This document shows positions 17,600 to 26,700 of a stretch of 64,000 bases of DNA, one piece after another. Origin of the DNA: Elusimicrobiota bacterium (GTDB lineage: Bacteria > Elusimicrobiota > Elusimicrobia > F11). Within the stretch, counting starts at the first letter, position 1, and the number at the start of each line of letters is the position of its first letter. Where the stretch lies: positions 192,001 to 256,000 of the forward strand of contig JBGAON010000003.1 of assembly GCA_044221725.1 (NCBI GenBank), given 5' to 3'. Under the pieces are notes generated by a model, which saw only the letters and a program-made list of their open reading frames with translations, had not been told where the DNA came from and did no database searches. The position numbers and the translations under genes are program-made.

Positions 17600-18814
17600 A
17601 TGACCGACCACAATCCGCCGGACGACAAAAAGAACGATTTTGAATTTCCGTCGTTGCACGCCGATGAGCCGGCGGCTCCAAGCGAGCCTGTTGCCCCAAC
17701 TCCGGCAAGCAACCCCGAGCAGCCAAAGCCCAAACCACGTTTCGTTTTTCCGAAGGAAAAGATTCAAGATTGGGTTTTAAAGAACAAATCGACGGCGCTT
17801 TTTCTTGGCTTTGTAGTGATTGCTATCGGCATGTACGGCATCAAAAAGTTGCGCGGAAACGGCGAAGGAAAAGTCGACAACGTTGAATCAACGAGCGCGC
17901 AACCGGACGAGATTCCGGTCAACGCGATCGAAGCAAAGCTTGGGCGCTTCCAGGACACGATTAATGCGGTTGGAACGTTAAAAGGCGAAGCGGAAATCGA
18001 GCTGCGGTTCCAAGTGGACGGCCGCATCGAAGAATTGAATATCACGCCGGGTCGCAAGGTTCACCGTGGAGAAATTCTCGGGCGACTGAGCGAACGCGAC
18101 GCCATGCTGAAAGTGCAACGCGCAAAGAACGAACTGGAACAAACCGAAAAACTTTATCAATTGGGAGGCGTCTCCAAGACGAAACTGGACGAATCGCGTT
18201 TGAATCTCGATGTCGCGCAATCGGAACTGGACAAAACCCGCTTGGTGGCCACGCGCGATGGAATTGTGGGAGAGCGTGAGGCGGATGTCGGAGAATTTGT
18301 GACGCCCCAACGAAAGGTGTCCACACTCGTATCTATAAAGCAGGTGCTCGTGAAGGTTGGCATTATCGAGAAGCAGGTGGATAAGGTGTATCCCGGACAA
18401 AAAATGCTCGTAACGGTGGACGCGTATCCTGGAAATATTTTCGAAGGAACGATTGAAAGCATTTCGCCCATTATCATTGGTGAAAGCAAAACGTTCGAAA
18501 TCACGGCCAAAATTCCGAATCCCGATAGCCTTTTGTTGCCGGGTATGTTTGCGCGCACGCGCGTCATTACGTACGAAGCGGATGACGCCATTTCGGTTCC
18601 GAACGACGCTCTGATCAAATCCAACACGGGCTTCCAGTTGTTTGTCGTGAACAAAGACAACGTAGCGGAAGCGCGCGATGTTCAAGTCGGTTACGTTTCG
18701 ACGGAAAACACGCAGATCGAATCCGGTTTAACAGCGGGTGAAGTGGTGATTGTGCAGAAACCACCCGAGCTAAAAGCCGGCTCCAAAGTAAAAATTATCG
18801 AGGTTCAAAAATAA
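17600..18814 (+). CDS. RND efflux periplasmic adaptor (membrane fusion protein)
   Basis: Pro-rich cytoplasmic N-terminus, one TM helix, lipoyl/hairpin region, LLPGMFAR, VPNDAL, GLTAGEVVIV. Confidence 0.92.
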   Translation: MTDHNPPDDKKNDFEFPSLHADEPAAPSEPVAPTPASNPEQPKPKPRFVFPKEKIQDWVLKNKSTALFLGFVVIAIGMYGIKKLRGNGEGKVDNVESTSAQPDEIPVNAIEAKLGRFQDTINAVGTLKGEAEIELRFQVDGRIEELNITPGRKVHRGEILGRLSERDAMLKVQRAKNELEQTEKLYQLGGVSKTKLDESRLNLDVAQSELDKTRLVATRDGIVGEREADVGEFVTPQRKVSTLVSIKQVLVKVGIIEKQVDKVYPGQKMLVTVDAYPGNIFEGTIESISPIIIGESKTFEITAKIPNPDSLLLPGMFARTRVITYEADDAISVPNDALIKSNTGFQLFVVNKDNVAEARDVQVGYVSTENTQIESGLTAGEVVIVQKPPELKAGSKVKIIEVQK

Positions 18815-20268
18815 AGCTTCAACCCCGCCTAACGCTCTTCACGATTTCTCTGGTGCTGGCTGTTGTGGCCATCACGGGCCTCTCGACTGTCTTTACTCTT
18901 CGCCATTTTCTCCGCGGTGAGATGCATCAAAGCCAAGAAACTTGGTTCGCAAATTTTCGCGGCGCCTGCACGGATGCGGTTTATCTCGGCGACGATCTCG
19001 CCATTCAAGCAACGAGCGAGTCGCTGGAGAAATCGGTTCCTGAACTGGCGTACGCCGTGTTTATCGACGAATCGCGCGGCGGCATTCAATTGGGCGGGCT
19101 GGAGAGTTTGCAGCGGTTTAAAAAACTTTCGCCGCGGTGTGCCACAGATGAAAAATCCGGTACGAGTCCGATTGTCCGTGAAAGCCAGTCCGGAGAGGAG
19201 AAATGGCTGCATTACTGTGAGCCGCTCACTGAGGTCAACGTCCGTGGTGACCGAATTAACGGCATCGTTTTCCTTGGGTTCAATGTGAACCTCATGGAAG
19301 CGCGGCTGGAATCGATCATCGATCGTATTTGGCCGAAACTCCTGTGGAGCATGTGCCTTGTTTTGATTGTGGGTCTGATGGTCGCGTTCTTTCTGGCCAA
19401 GAAATTAACAGGCCCGATTTCAAATTTAACCGAAGGTGCCAAAGCCATCGGTGAAGGGCACTGGGACACGCGCATTCCGGTCGAGAGCGCCGATGAGCTG
19501 GGGTTTCTCGCGCACGAATTTAATTTGATGGCGATGAAACTAAAAGAGTTTGATCAATTGAAAGATGACTTTGTGTCATCGGTATCGCATGAGCTTCGTT
19601 CGCCACTCGCGGCGATATCCGGTTACGCGGAACTGTTACGAGGGAAACCCATCGAGGACATTGCTCCGGACAAAAGAGAGAAAGCGCTTTCCATTATTCA
19701 GGAAAGCACAAGCCGGCTTGCGCACTTTATTAATGACATTTTGGATTTGGCGAAGCTGAAGTCGGGGCACGTCGAGGTTCGCCGAAAGCCGTTTCGTTTG
19801 CGCACGGTGGTCGAGGAAATCGCGGGCCTTTTTCAGCCATTGCTCGAGAAAAAGGACATCAATTGCTTCGTCGATATTCCGGAATCGGTCCCGAGTTTGT
19901 TGGTTGACGATGAAAAGATCCGCCAGGTCATCACAAATCTTCTTTCAAACGCCTTGAAATTTACCCCTTCTCAAGGCAAAATCAGAATAATTGCGAGAAA
20001 TCAGACCGATTTCGTGCAGATTTCTGTCGAAGACACCGGTATGGGAATTCCCGACGATCAGAAAGAAGCGGTTTTTGAACGTTTTCGTCAGGTTAAAACG
20101 TCCACCACGGCGGTCACGGGGCAAAAAGGAACCGGGCTGGGTCTCGCGATTGCAAAAGGAAATGTCGAAGCACACGGCGGACGAATTTGGGTTGAGTCGG
20201 AATTGGGAAAAGGAACGAAAGTGCATTTCACAATTCCGATGACTCCAACTCCTGACGCGAATGTTTGA
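18811..20268 (+). CDS. Membrane sensor histidine kinase (HAMP-HisKA-HATPase)
   Basis: Two TMs, HAMP (DELGFLAHEFNLM), SHELRSPL, NLLSNALKFT, DTGMGI, GTGLGLAI. Start uncertain: GTG 18853 in the track, or ATA 18811 with SD GAGGT. Confidence 0.9.
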   Translation: MKLQPRLTLFTISLVLAVVAITGLSTVFTLRHFLRGEMHQSQETWFANFRGACTDAVYLGDDLAIQATSESLEKSVPELAYAVFIDESRGGIQLGGLESLQRFKKLSPRCATDEKSGTSPIVRESQSGEEKWLHYCEPLTEVNVRGDRINGIVFLGFNVNLMEARLESIIDRIWPKLLWSMCLVLIVGLMVAFFLAKKLTGPISNLTEGAKAIGEGHWDTRIPVESADELGFLAHEFNLMAMKLKEFDQLKDDFVSSVSHELRSPLAAISGYAELLRGKPIEDIAPDKREKALSIIQESTSRLAHFINDILDLAKLKSGHVEVRRKPFRLRTVVEEIAGLFQPLLEKKDINCFVDIPESVPSLLVDDEKIRQVITNLLSNALKFTPSQGKIRIIARNQTDFVQISVEDTGMGIPDDQKEAVFERFRQVKTSTTAVTGQKGTGLGLAIAKGNVEAHGGRIWVESELGKGTKVHFTIPMTPTPDANV

Positions 20269-20299
20269 CAACATCCGTATAAGTCGTAAGAGGTGAAAA

Positions 20300-20992
20300 T
20301 TGGCCAAAAAAAGAATTCTCATAGTTGATGACGAAGTCCAGATCTGCCAGCTCGTCAAAGACATTCTCGAAGAGAATGGATACACCGCCACCACCGCGCA
20401 TTCGACGGACGAAGCATTCCAAAAATTAAAAGTCACTCTGCCCGATATGATTTTGCTCGACGTACGGCTTCCCACCATTGGCGGTCTCGAATTTTGTCGT
20501 CAAATCAAACAAGACATTCGCTCGCGTCGCGTTCCGGTCATTATGCTCACGGTTCAAGACACCGAAACCGACAAGGTGATCGGACTCGAAGTGGGCGCCG
20601 ATGATTATCTCACGAAGCCGTTTGGAAACCGCGAACTTTTGGCCCGCATCAAGGCGGTGTTCCGTCGCGTCGAGATGAACAAGTCGGACGAATCTTCCGT
20701 TCTAAAAATTGGTCCCATGGAAATTGATATGGACATGCACGAGGTCAAATACAAAGGCAAAGACCTCATGCTCACCCCGAAAGAATTTGAGCTGCTCGTT
20801 GCGCTTGCGAAAAACAAGAACAAAGCGCTTCGTCGAGAGGCGCTCATGTCCACCGTGTGGGGCTATGACTATCCGGGAACCCTCGGCACCATCGACGTGC
20901 ACATCCGGCACCTGCGAAAGAAATTGGGCGAGGCGGGTCGCTACATAAAAACTCTCATCGGCGTGGGGTATCGCTTGGATGAAAAACTCTAA
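20300..20992 (+). CDS. OmpR/PhoB-family response regulator
   Basis: Receiver IVDDE..LLDV..GADDYLTKPF; winged helix LTPKEFELL..IDVHIRHLRKKLG..GVGY; TTG start after SD GAGGTG. Confidence 0.93.
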   Translation: MAKKRILIVDDEVQICQLVKDILEENGYTATTAHSTDEAFQKLKVTLPDMILLDVRLPTIGGLEFCRQIKQDIRSRRVPVIMLTVQDTETDKVIGLEVGADDYLTKPFGNRELLARIKAVFRRVEMNKSDESSVLKIGPMEIDMDMHEVKYKGKDLMLTPKEFELLVALAKNKNKALRREALMSTVWGYDYPGTLGTIDVHIRHLRKKLGEAGRYIKTLIGVGYRLDEKL

Positions 20993-22139
20993 GCCGTCCG
21001 CCGACTATGGATCTTCTGTAACACCAACCGCCGCCGCATCGCTGCACGACAACCGAATTCTCATTGTTGATGACGAGGCTCCATCCCGCGATCTCTGCAA
21101 AATATTTCTCGAATCCGATGGTTACGAAGTTGAAACCTGTGGCTTGGCCCAAAAAGCCATAGCGTTATTGCAGTTAAAGCGGTTTGATTTGGTTTTAACG
21201 GATCTTTCGATGCCGGACTTGGACGGCGTCGAACTCGTCAAGCAAGTGAAGTACCATTATCCGTCCACGAACGTGATCATCATGACCGCTTACGGTTCCG
21301 TCGCCTCCGCGGTCGAGTCCATGCGCTCCGGCGCCTACGACTACATCACCAAGCCTTTCCCCCGCGATTTGCTGCTCGCCACGATCCGGCGCTGCCTCGA
21401 AAGTCACAACTTAAAGCGCGAAATTTCGAAAATGCAAACCGAGCTTTTACAGAAAGAGCGTTTGGCCGCGGTCGGTTCAATGGCCGGTGCGATCGCACAC
21501 CGCATGCGCAATCCGTTATCGATTATTCAGATGTGCGCGCAATATTTGGAAGGGCATTTGTCGTCGAATCCGGAGCATTTGCAAATCCTTCAAGCGATTG
21601 AAGAGAAGGTGAAGGTGCTCGAACAGTTGACGCGCGATTTCGTGGAATATTCGCGCGCTTCGCGCATTCGCAAATCACCCGAGCGCGTGGAAAAGTTGGC
21701 CGATGAAGTGATCAAGAACTGCGACGCCCGCTGCAAAATTCAAGGTGTCGAAATTATTCGTCGCTATCAACCGCAGCTTCCGGCGATTCAGGTCGACGCT
21801 GATTTGATTCGAGAAGTGATTACGAACATTATCGACAACGCGCTAGAGGCAATGAAAGGTCCCGGCAAAATCCTGGTCGCGGTCGACCTCGATCGGACCT
21901 TGAAAAATATTTTGCTCACGATCACGAACTCCGGAGGCGTTCTGTCTCCGGACCTCGAAGAAAAAATTTTTGAACCTTTCTTTACGACCAAGGAAACCGG
22001 TATGGGGCTGGGTCTGGCCATTGTGAAACAAGTCATCGAAGGTCATGCCGGTCAAATCAAAGCGGCGGGCGATCCAAAAACAAACACGACGTCTTTTCGA
22101 GTTCTGTTGCCGATTCGAGTCGAGGGGGAAAAAGCGTAA
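20979..22139 (+). CDS. Cytoplasmic receiver-histidine kinase hybrid with atypical motifs
   Basis: Receiver IVDDE..LTDLSMP..KPF; H-box AHRMRNPL; NIIDNALEA; FEPFFTTK..GMGLGL. Confidence 0.88.
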   Translation: MKNSKPSADYGSSVTPTAAASLHDNRILIVDDEAPSRDLCKIFLESDGYEVETCGLAQKAIALLQLKRFDLVLTDLSMPDLDGVELVKQVKYHYPSTNVIIMTAYGSVASAVESMRSGAYDYITKPFPRDLLLATIRRCLESHNLKREISKMQTELLQKERLAAVGSMAGAIAHRMRNPLSIIQMCAQYLEGHLSSNPEHLQILQAIEEKVKVLEQLTRDFVEYSRASRIRKSPERVEKLADEVIKNCDARCKIQGVEIIRRYQPQLPAIQVDADLIREVITNIIDNALEAMKGPGKILVAVDLDRTLKNILLTITNSGGVLSPDLEEKIFEPFFTTKETGMGLGLAIVKQVIEGHAGQIKAAGDPKTNTTSFRVLLPIRVEGEKA

Positions 22140-23491
22140 TGGCCTCCAAAGGACGCGTGTTGGTTGTCGATGATGAGCCGCAGGTGGGCATGATTTTTTC
22201 GAAGGTGCTCGAGGCTGCCGGATACGAAGTTGTCGCTGCGGAATCCGGTGAAGAAGCGCTTAAAAAAATGAACACGAAGCCGAATGTTGTTTTCTTGGAC
22301 ATAAAGTTGCCGGGCATGGACGGCGTCGAAACGCTTCGGCGGATTCGTAAAAACGCGCCGGACCTTCCGGTCGTCATGATGACCGCGTATCAAACGGTGG
22401 ACTCCGCGGTCGAAAGTATGCGTCTGGGCGCCTGCGATTATTTGATCAAGCCGCTCGATAACAGCCGCATCAAAGAAGTCGTTCGGCATGCGTTGCTCGT
22501 TGGCGGTGCGCCGACGTTGTCGGCCGACGTGTCGATAAGCCCCGGCGAAATGGTTGGTAAAAGTGCGGCGTTTGATCTCGCTCACAAACTTATTACCAAG
22601 GTAGCACCGACCGATTTAACCGTTCTTTTGCTCGGAGAATCGGGAACTGGTAAGGAACTGACCGCGCGCGCTATTCACTTGGCATCCAAGCGTGCGAGCA
22701 AGGCGTTTGTTCCGGTCGACTGCGCGGCGCTTCCGGAAACATTGATGGAGTCAGAGCTTTTCGGTTACGAAAAGGGGGCGTTTACGGGCGCTGACGAGTC
22801 GCGCGCCGGTCGTTTCGAAATGGCCGACGAGGGCACGCTTTTTCTCGATGAAATCGGAAATCTCTCAATGTCTGTGCAAGCGAAGTTGCTACGGGTGCTG
22901 CAAGATCCGTCGTTTGTTCGGCTCGGTGGACGCAAGCAGGTGCGCGTGAACACGCGCGTTGTGTGCGCAACGAACAAAGATTTGGAAGCGGCGTCGAGCC
23001 GCGGAGAATTCCGTGAGGACCTTTATCACCGCATCAAAGTTTTCACGATCGAACTGACGCCGCTCCGGAATCGTCTCGACGATATCCCGATTCTCGTGAG
23101 TCATTACCTGCAGAAATACACGCGCGAAATGAACACGCCGATGAAAAAAGTAAGCAACGCCGTGTTGGACATTTTTCAAAAATACCGTTGGCCTGGAAAT
23201 ATCCGCGAATTATCAAACGCGATCCGAAGCGCCGTCGTGCTCGCCGACAACACAGTCGAAGTGGAGCATCTTCCGACAAGCATTCGGTTTTCGCAGCAGA
23301 AAGGCAGCTCGTCGAAGCCAGCGACGTCCGATGCAGCGCTTAAAGACGTCGTCAAAAAAGTGGAGCGCGAGCATATCGCTGCAACTCTTAAAAAGACCGA
23401 CTGGAACAAACACGAAGCCGCTAAAATCCTCGGCATCGACTCAAAAACCCTCACGGCAAAGATCAAAGAGCACGGTCTCACGAATAGTTAG
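22139..23491 (+). CDS. NtrC-family sigma-54-dependent response regulator
   Basis: Receiver; GESGTGKE; ESELFGYEKGAFTGA; FLDEIG; WPGNIREL; Fis-type HTH. Confidence 0.94.
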   Translation: MASKGRVLVVDDEPQVGMIFSKVLEAAGYEVVAAESGEEALKKMNTKPNVVFLDIKLPGMDGVETLRRIRKNAPDLPVVMMTAYQTVDSAVESMRLGACDYLIKPLDNSRIKEVVRHALLVGGAPTLSADVSISPGEMVGKSAAFDLAHKLITKVAPTDLTVLLLGESGTGKELTARAIHLASKRASKAFVPVDCAALPETLMESELFGYEKGAFTGADESRAGRFEMADEGTLFLDEIGNLSMSVQAKLLRVLQDPSFVRLGGRKQVRVNTRVVCATNKDLEAASSRGEFREDLYHRIKVFTIELTPLRNRLDDIPILVSHYLQKYTREMNTPMKKVSNAVLDIFQKYRWPGNIRELSNAIRSAVVLADNTVEVEHLPTSIRFSQQKGSSSKPATSDAALKDVVKKVEREHIAATLKKTDWNKHEAAKILGIDSKTLTAKIKEHGLTNS

Positions 23492-23495
23492 AAAC

Positions 23496-23517
23496 CGCTT
23501 CGAAATGAGGCGTTTTT
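23496..23517 (+). terminator. Possible intrinsic terminator
   Basis: CGCTTC-GAAAT-GAGGCG stem (one G-U pair) followed by TTTTT, just after the NtrC-like stop. Confidence 0.45.
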
Positions 23518-23635
23518 GGTGACTTTCCGTCGATAATTCCCTGGTAGCCCGTCGGCACCTCCCTCATACTTAAGAAACACGTATCGAACTGTAGTGGTAT
23601 TGCTTCTGACGGGCTCGGGAGTCCACCAGCTTTGA

Positions 23636-23702
23636 TTCAGCGTATCTTAACCCGACCTTAAGGCATCCTTAATCCCACGCTGTTACGATTCTGTTACATC
23701 GT
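23636..23702 (+). promoter_or_regulatory. Pho-box-like 11-bp-periodic array plus extended -10 upstream of the giant gene
   Basis: TTCA 23636; TTAA 23647, 23658, 23669; TGt-TACGAT with hexamer at 23684; second TGTTAC 11 nt later; ATG 23703; no SD. Confidence 0.72.
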
Positions 23703-26700
23703 ATGAAAAGAATTTATTCGATTGCCGTTTTATTGTTTTTCGGCGCGCCGGCGTTTGTTTTGGCGCAAACGAAGACGTGGGTCGGCCTTGGGAGCGATAA
23801 CAATTTCGGCACCGCGAACAATTGGTCCCCTTCTGGAGTGCCTGCCTCTAACGACGTTCTGCTTTTCGATGGTTCCTCGAACAAACCCTGCCGGCTTGAA
23901 CCCGTTAACGGGACAGCGCTCACAATTGCTGGTCTGACGAGCGTTTCGAATTCAACGGTCACGATCACGCTTGCAGCGGATCGTCGCCTTGTCGTGAACG
24001 GCGATTTCAATTTGTCCAGCGGAACATTCATTGCCGACGGCTTCCGCATGGATATTCAAGGGAATTGGACGACGTCAAAAGATTCGGTTTTTAATTGCAA
24101 AACCTCGACCACAATTTTTACGGGAACGACCGTTTCGAATATTGAGGGCTCAACGACGTTTTACGCGTTGCAATCCACGCAGGCCGACAAACTCTTAAAT
24201 TTTGCGCCGCTCTCGCGGACGACCGTCTTGAACATGGTGAACTTTCAAAACGTTTCGCTGCAATGTTTCGATCCGCTATTGACCCGTCCTTGGTACATCG
24301 TGTTTTTGGGAACCGATCAGACATTGAACAACGTGACGGTGGGAAATTCGAACGCATCGCTCGGCGCGACGATGGTCGCCGATGCCGCGAGCACGGATGC
24401 GGGAGGAAACCAAAATTGGGCATTCTGGTCCGCTCCACCGGACCCTGTTGGTAACCTCCGTGTGTACAAAGAATCTCAAATCGGTCTCACCTGGAGCTCC
24501 CCATTGGGTGGCGCCGACATTTACGAAATTCGTATCTCGCCCAATCCGATCAACGACACGAACATTGCTGACGCATCGGTCGCGAAGATCATTCTCTCTG
24601 GTTCCAAGCAGCCTGAGACCTTCGCGGTTTCTCTCACGGGGCTGTCGTTTAACGGCAGTTATTATGCGGCCGTACGTTCGCGTCGCAGTGCGGGACAATG
24701 GAGCGGATTAGCGACGGGTGGCCCGGCAGAAGCAGGAATATTTGCGAAGCATTCCGACTTTGGATTGCCGAACGACATGTTAAATCCAATCTTGAAAATA
24801 GCCGATTTCAATTCCGATGGTGTTTCAGCAATCGCAGGCGGTCATTTTATGGACATCGCCATCGCCGGTACCGTGGCTGGCGTGCCCACGTTGCGCGTGT
24901 TTCGGTGGGATCCAAACGCGGCGCAATACGTCAAAGCGTTTGAACAATCAGAATCGGGATCGTCTCCGATGCTCGAATGGGTTGATCTGAACAACGACGG
25001 CAATTTGGACTTGATTTATGGCGACAGCAACTCAACCAAAATTTTCTTGAACCAGGGAAGCGGCGTTCGCACGCCGGCGTTCGTCGATGACAACGGAGTT
25101 TATTCTGGATCTTTACCGGCGCTAAGCGAAGGAACATTGGCGGTGGGCGATGCGAACAACGACGGCCGAATAGATTTGGCATTCATTGGAAAGACCAGCT
25201 CGCAAGACACGCCGACCGTGCGGTTGATTATCAGTAACGGCACAGCTCTTTCGTACGTGAACACGCCGCTCGACGGGACGACGATCACAAACGGGTCGAT
25301 TGCGTGGGGCGACGCCAATCGCGATGGTAAAGAAGATTTGCTGGTGGTTGGCAACGAATCGCTGATGTTGTTGCGCAATCTTGGTAACAATCAGTTCGAT
25401 AAGCCCTGGAGTACGAATGGACTATCGGCGTCGGCGGCGGCGTGGATCGACATGGATCATGATGGATTGCTCGATTTCGCGGTGCTCGGAAAACAAAACG
25501 GGAATCCAAAGATTTTGGTGTACCGCAACACGACGCAGCAGGGGATTCCGTCGTTCGATACGCCGTTCGATCTAGAGCCCGGTTTGTTCGCTGGGGATTT
25601 CCAACAAGCGGTGTTGGCGTGGGGGGACATCAACAACGACGGCTGGTCGGATTTGCTGGTGATGGGTTCGGATGGAACGAACCGCCATCTGATCGCTTTT
25701 CTGAACAACGATCAAGGTGCAAATCCGGTTCAATGGACGAAGATTGAACCGCTCGGGGCGCAGCGTGGCCTGGACAACGGATCCCTCGCGTTCGGCAATT
25801 TCGATGGCGATGGACAAAATAACAATGGAGATCTCGATTTTGTCGCGGCCGGTTTCGACGGCTCGCGTCCGAGACTTTACGTTTTTGAAAACTTGACGTT
25901 CTCCGCGGTTGGAAATGTTCCGAACGCGCGTCCCGCTGCACCGACCGCCCTTGCGAACTCGACAGACGGGGCGAACATTTCGTTCGCCTGGCAATCTCCC
26001 ACCAACGACGAGACGAGTGGAACCGGAATGATGTTTCAGATCCAAGTGGCCACCGTTTCTTTTGCCACGAATCCGACGACGTTGACGGTGCCCGGTGTTC
26101 ATGGCAGTCCGCTCATCGGAAATTATCCGAGCGCATTTCTTGATGACACACAACGCGGCGTAAAACTCTCGCTCGAAGACGGAACCTCCTACTATTGGCG
26201 TGTGCGCGCAATTGATTCGGCGTACGCGCAAGGCGCCTACACCGAACAGGGGCCCGTCTATTTGCCGCCCGTTCCACCGAACAATATCACCGATCTCCTA
26301 GCGGTTAGCGGCGCTCAGATTTCGCTCACATGGACGGCGCCAAGCGCGCGCGGCGACGGACTGGCGCGCGTGAAGGGATACGAGATTTACAAATCAAACA
26401 CGGACCCCGCGGTGCCGATCAATGTCGCGTCGCCCAATTGGACGCTGTTGCTTAACACGACAAACACGGTTTTGGATCCAGGGAAAATTCAGGAAATGAC
26501 CGTCACAGGTTTAACGCCGAACACAAATTATTGGTTTGCGATTCGCGCGTACAACGACAAAACATTCGCGGTGCTTCCAGGCACGGCGAGCGCCACGGCT
26601 GGACACTATCAACTCGCCGATGACAAATTGGTGCTTTCCTCGGCGACCTCCCGCGGTTCCGTCGCATGGGGCGACATCAACAACGACGGCTATTTGGATT

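Noticed and set aside
23546..23615. Inverted repeat AGCCCGTCGG / CTGACGGGCT about 50 nt apart; possible ncRNA or enhancer site
   Set aside because: A single 10-bp imperfect stem with no recognisable RNA family; could be chance.
23492..23702. Sigma-54 (-24/-12) promoter for the giant gene, expected from the adjacent NtrC-like gene
   Set aside because: No convincing TGGCAC-N5-TTGC match found by eye; the 11-bp array with a -10 element fits better.
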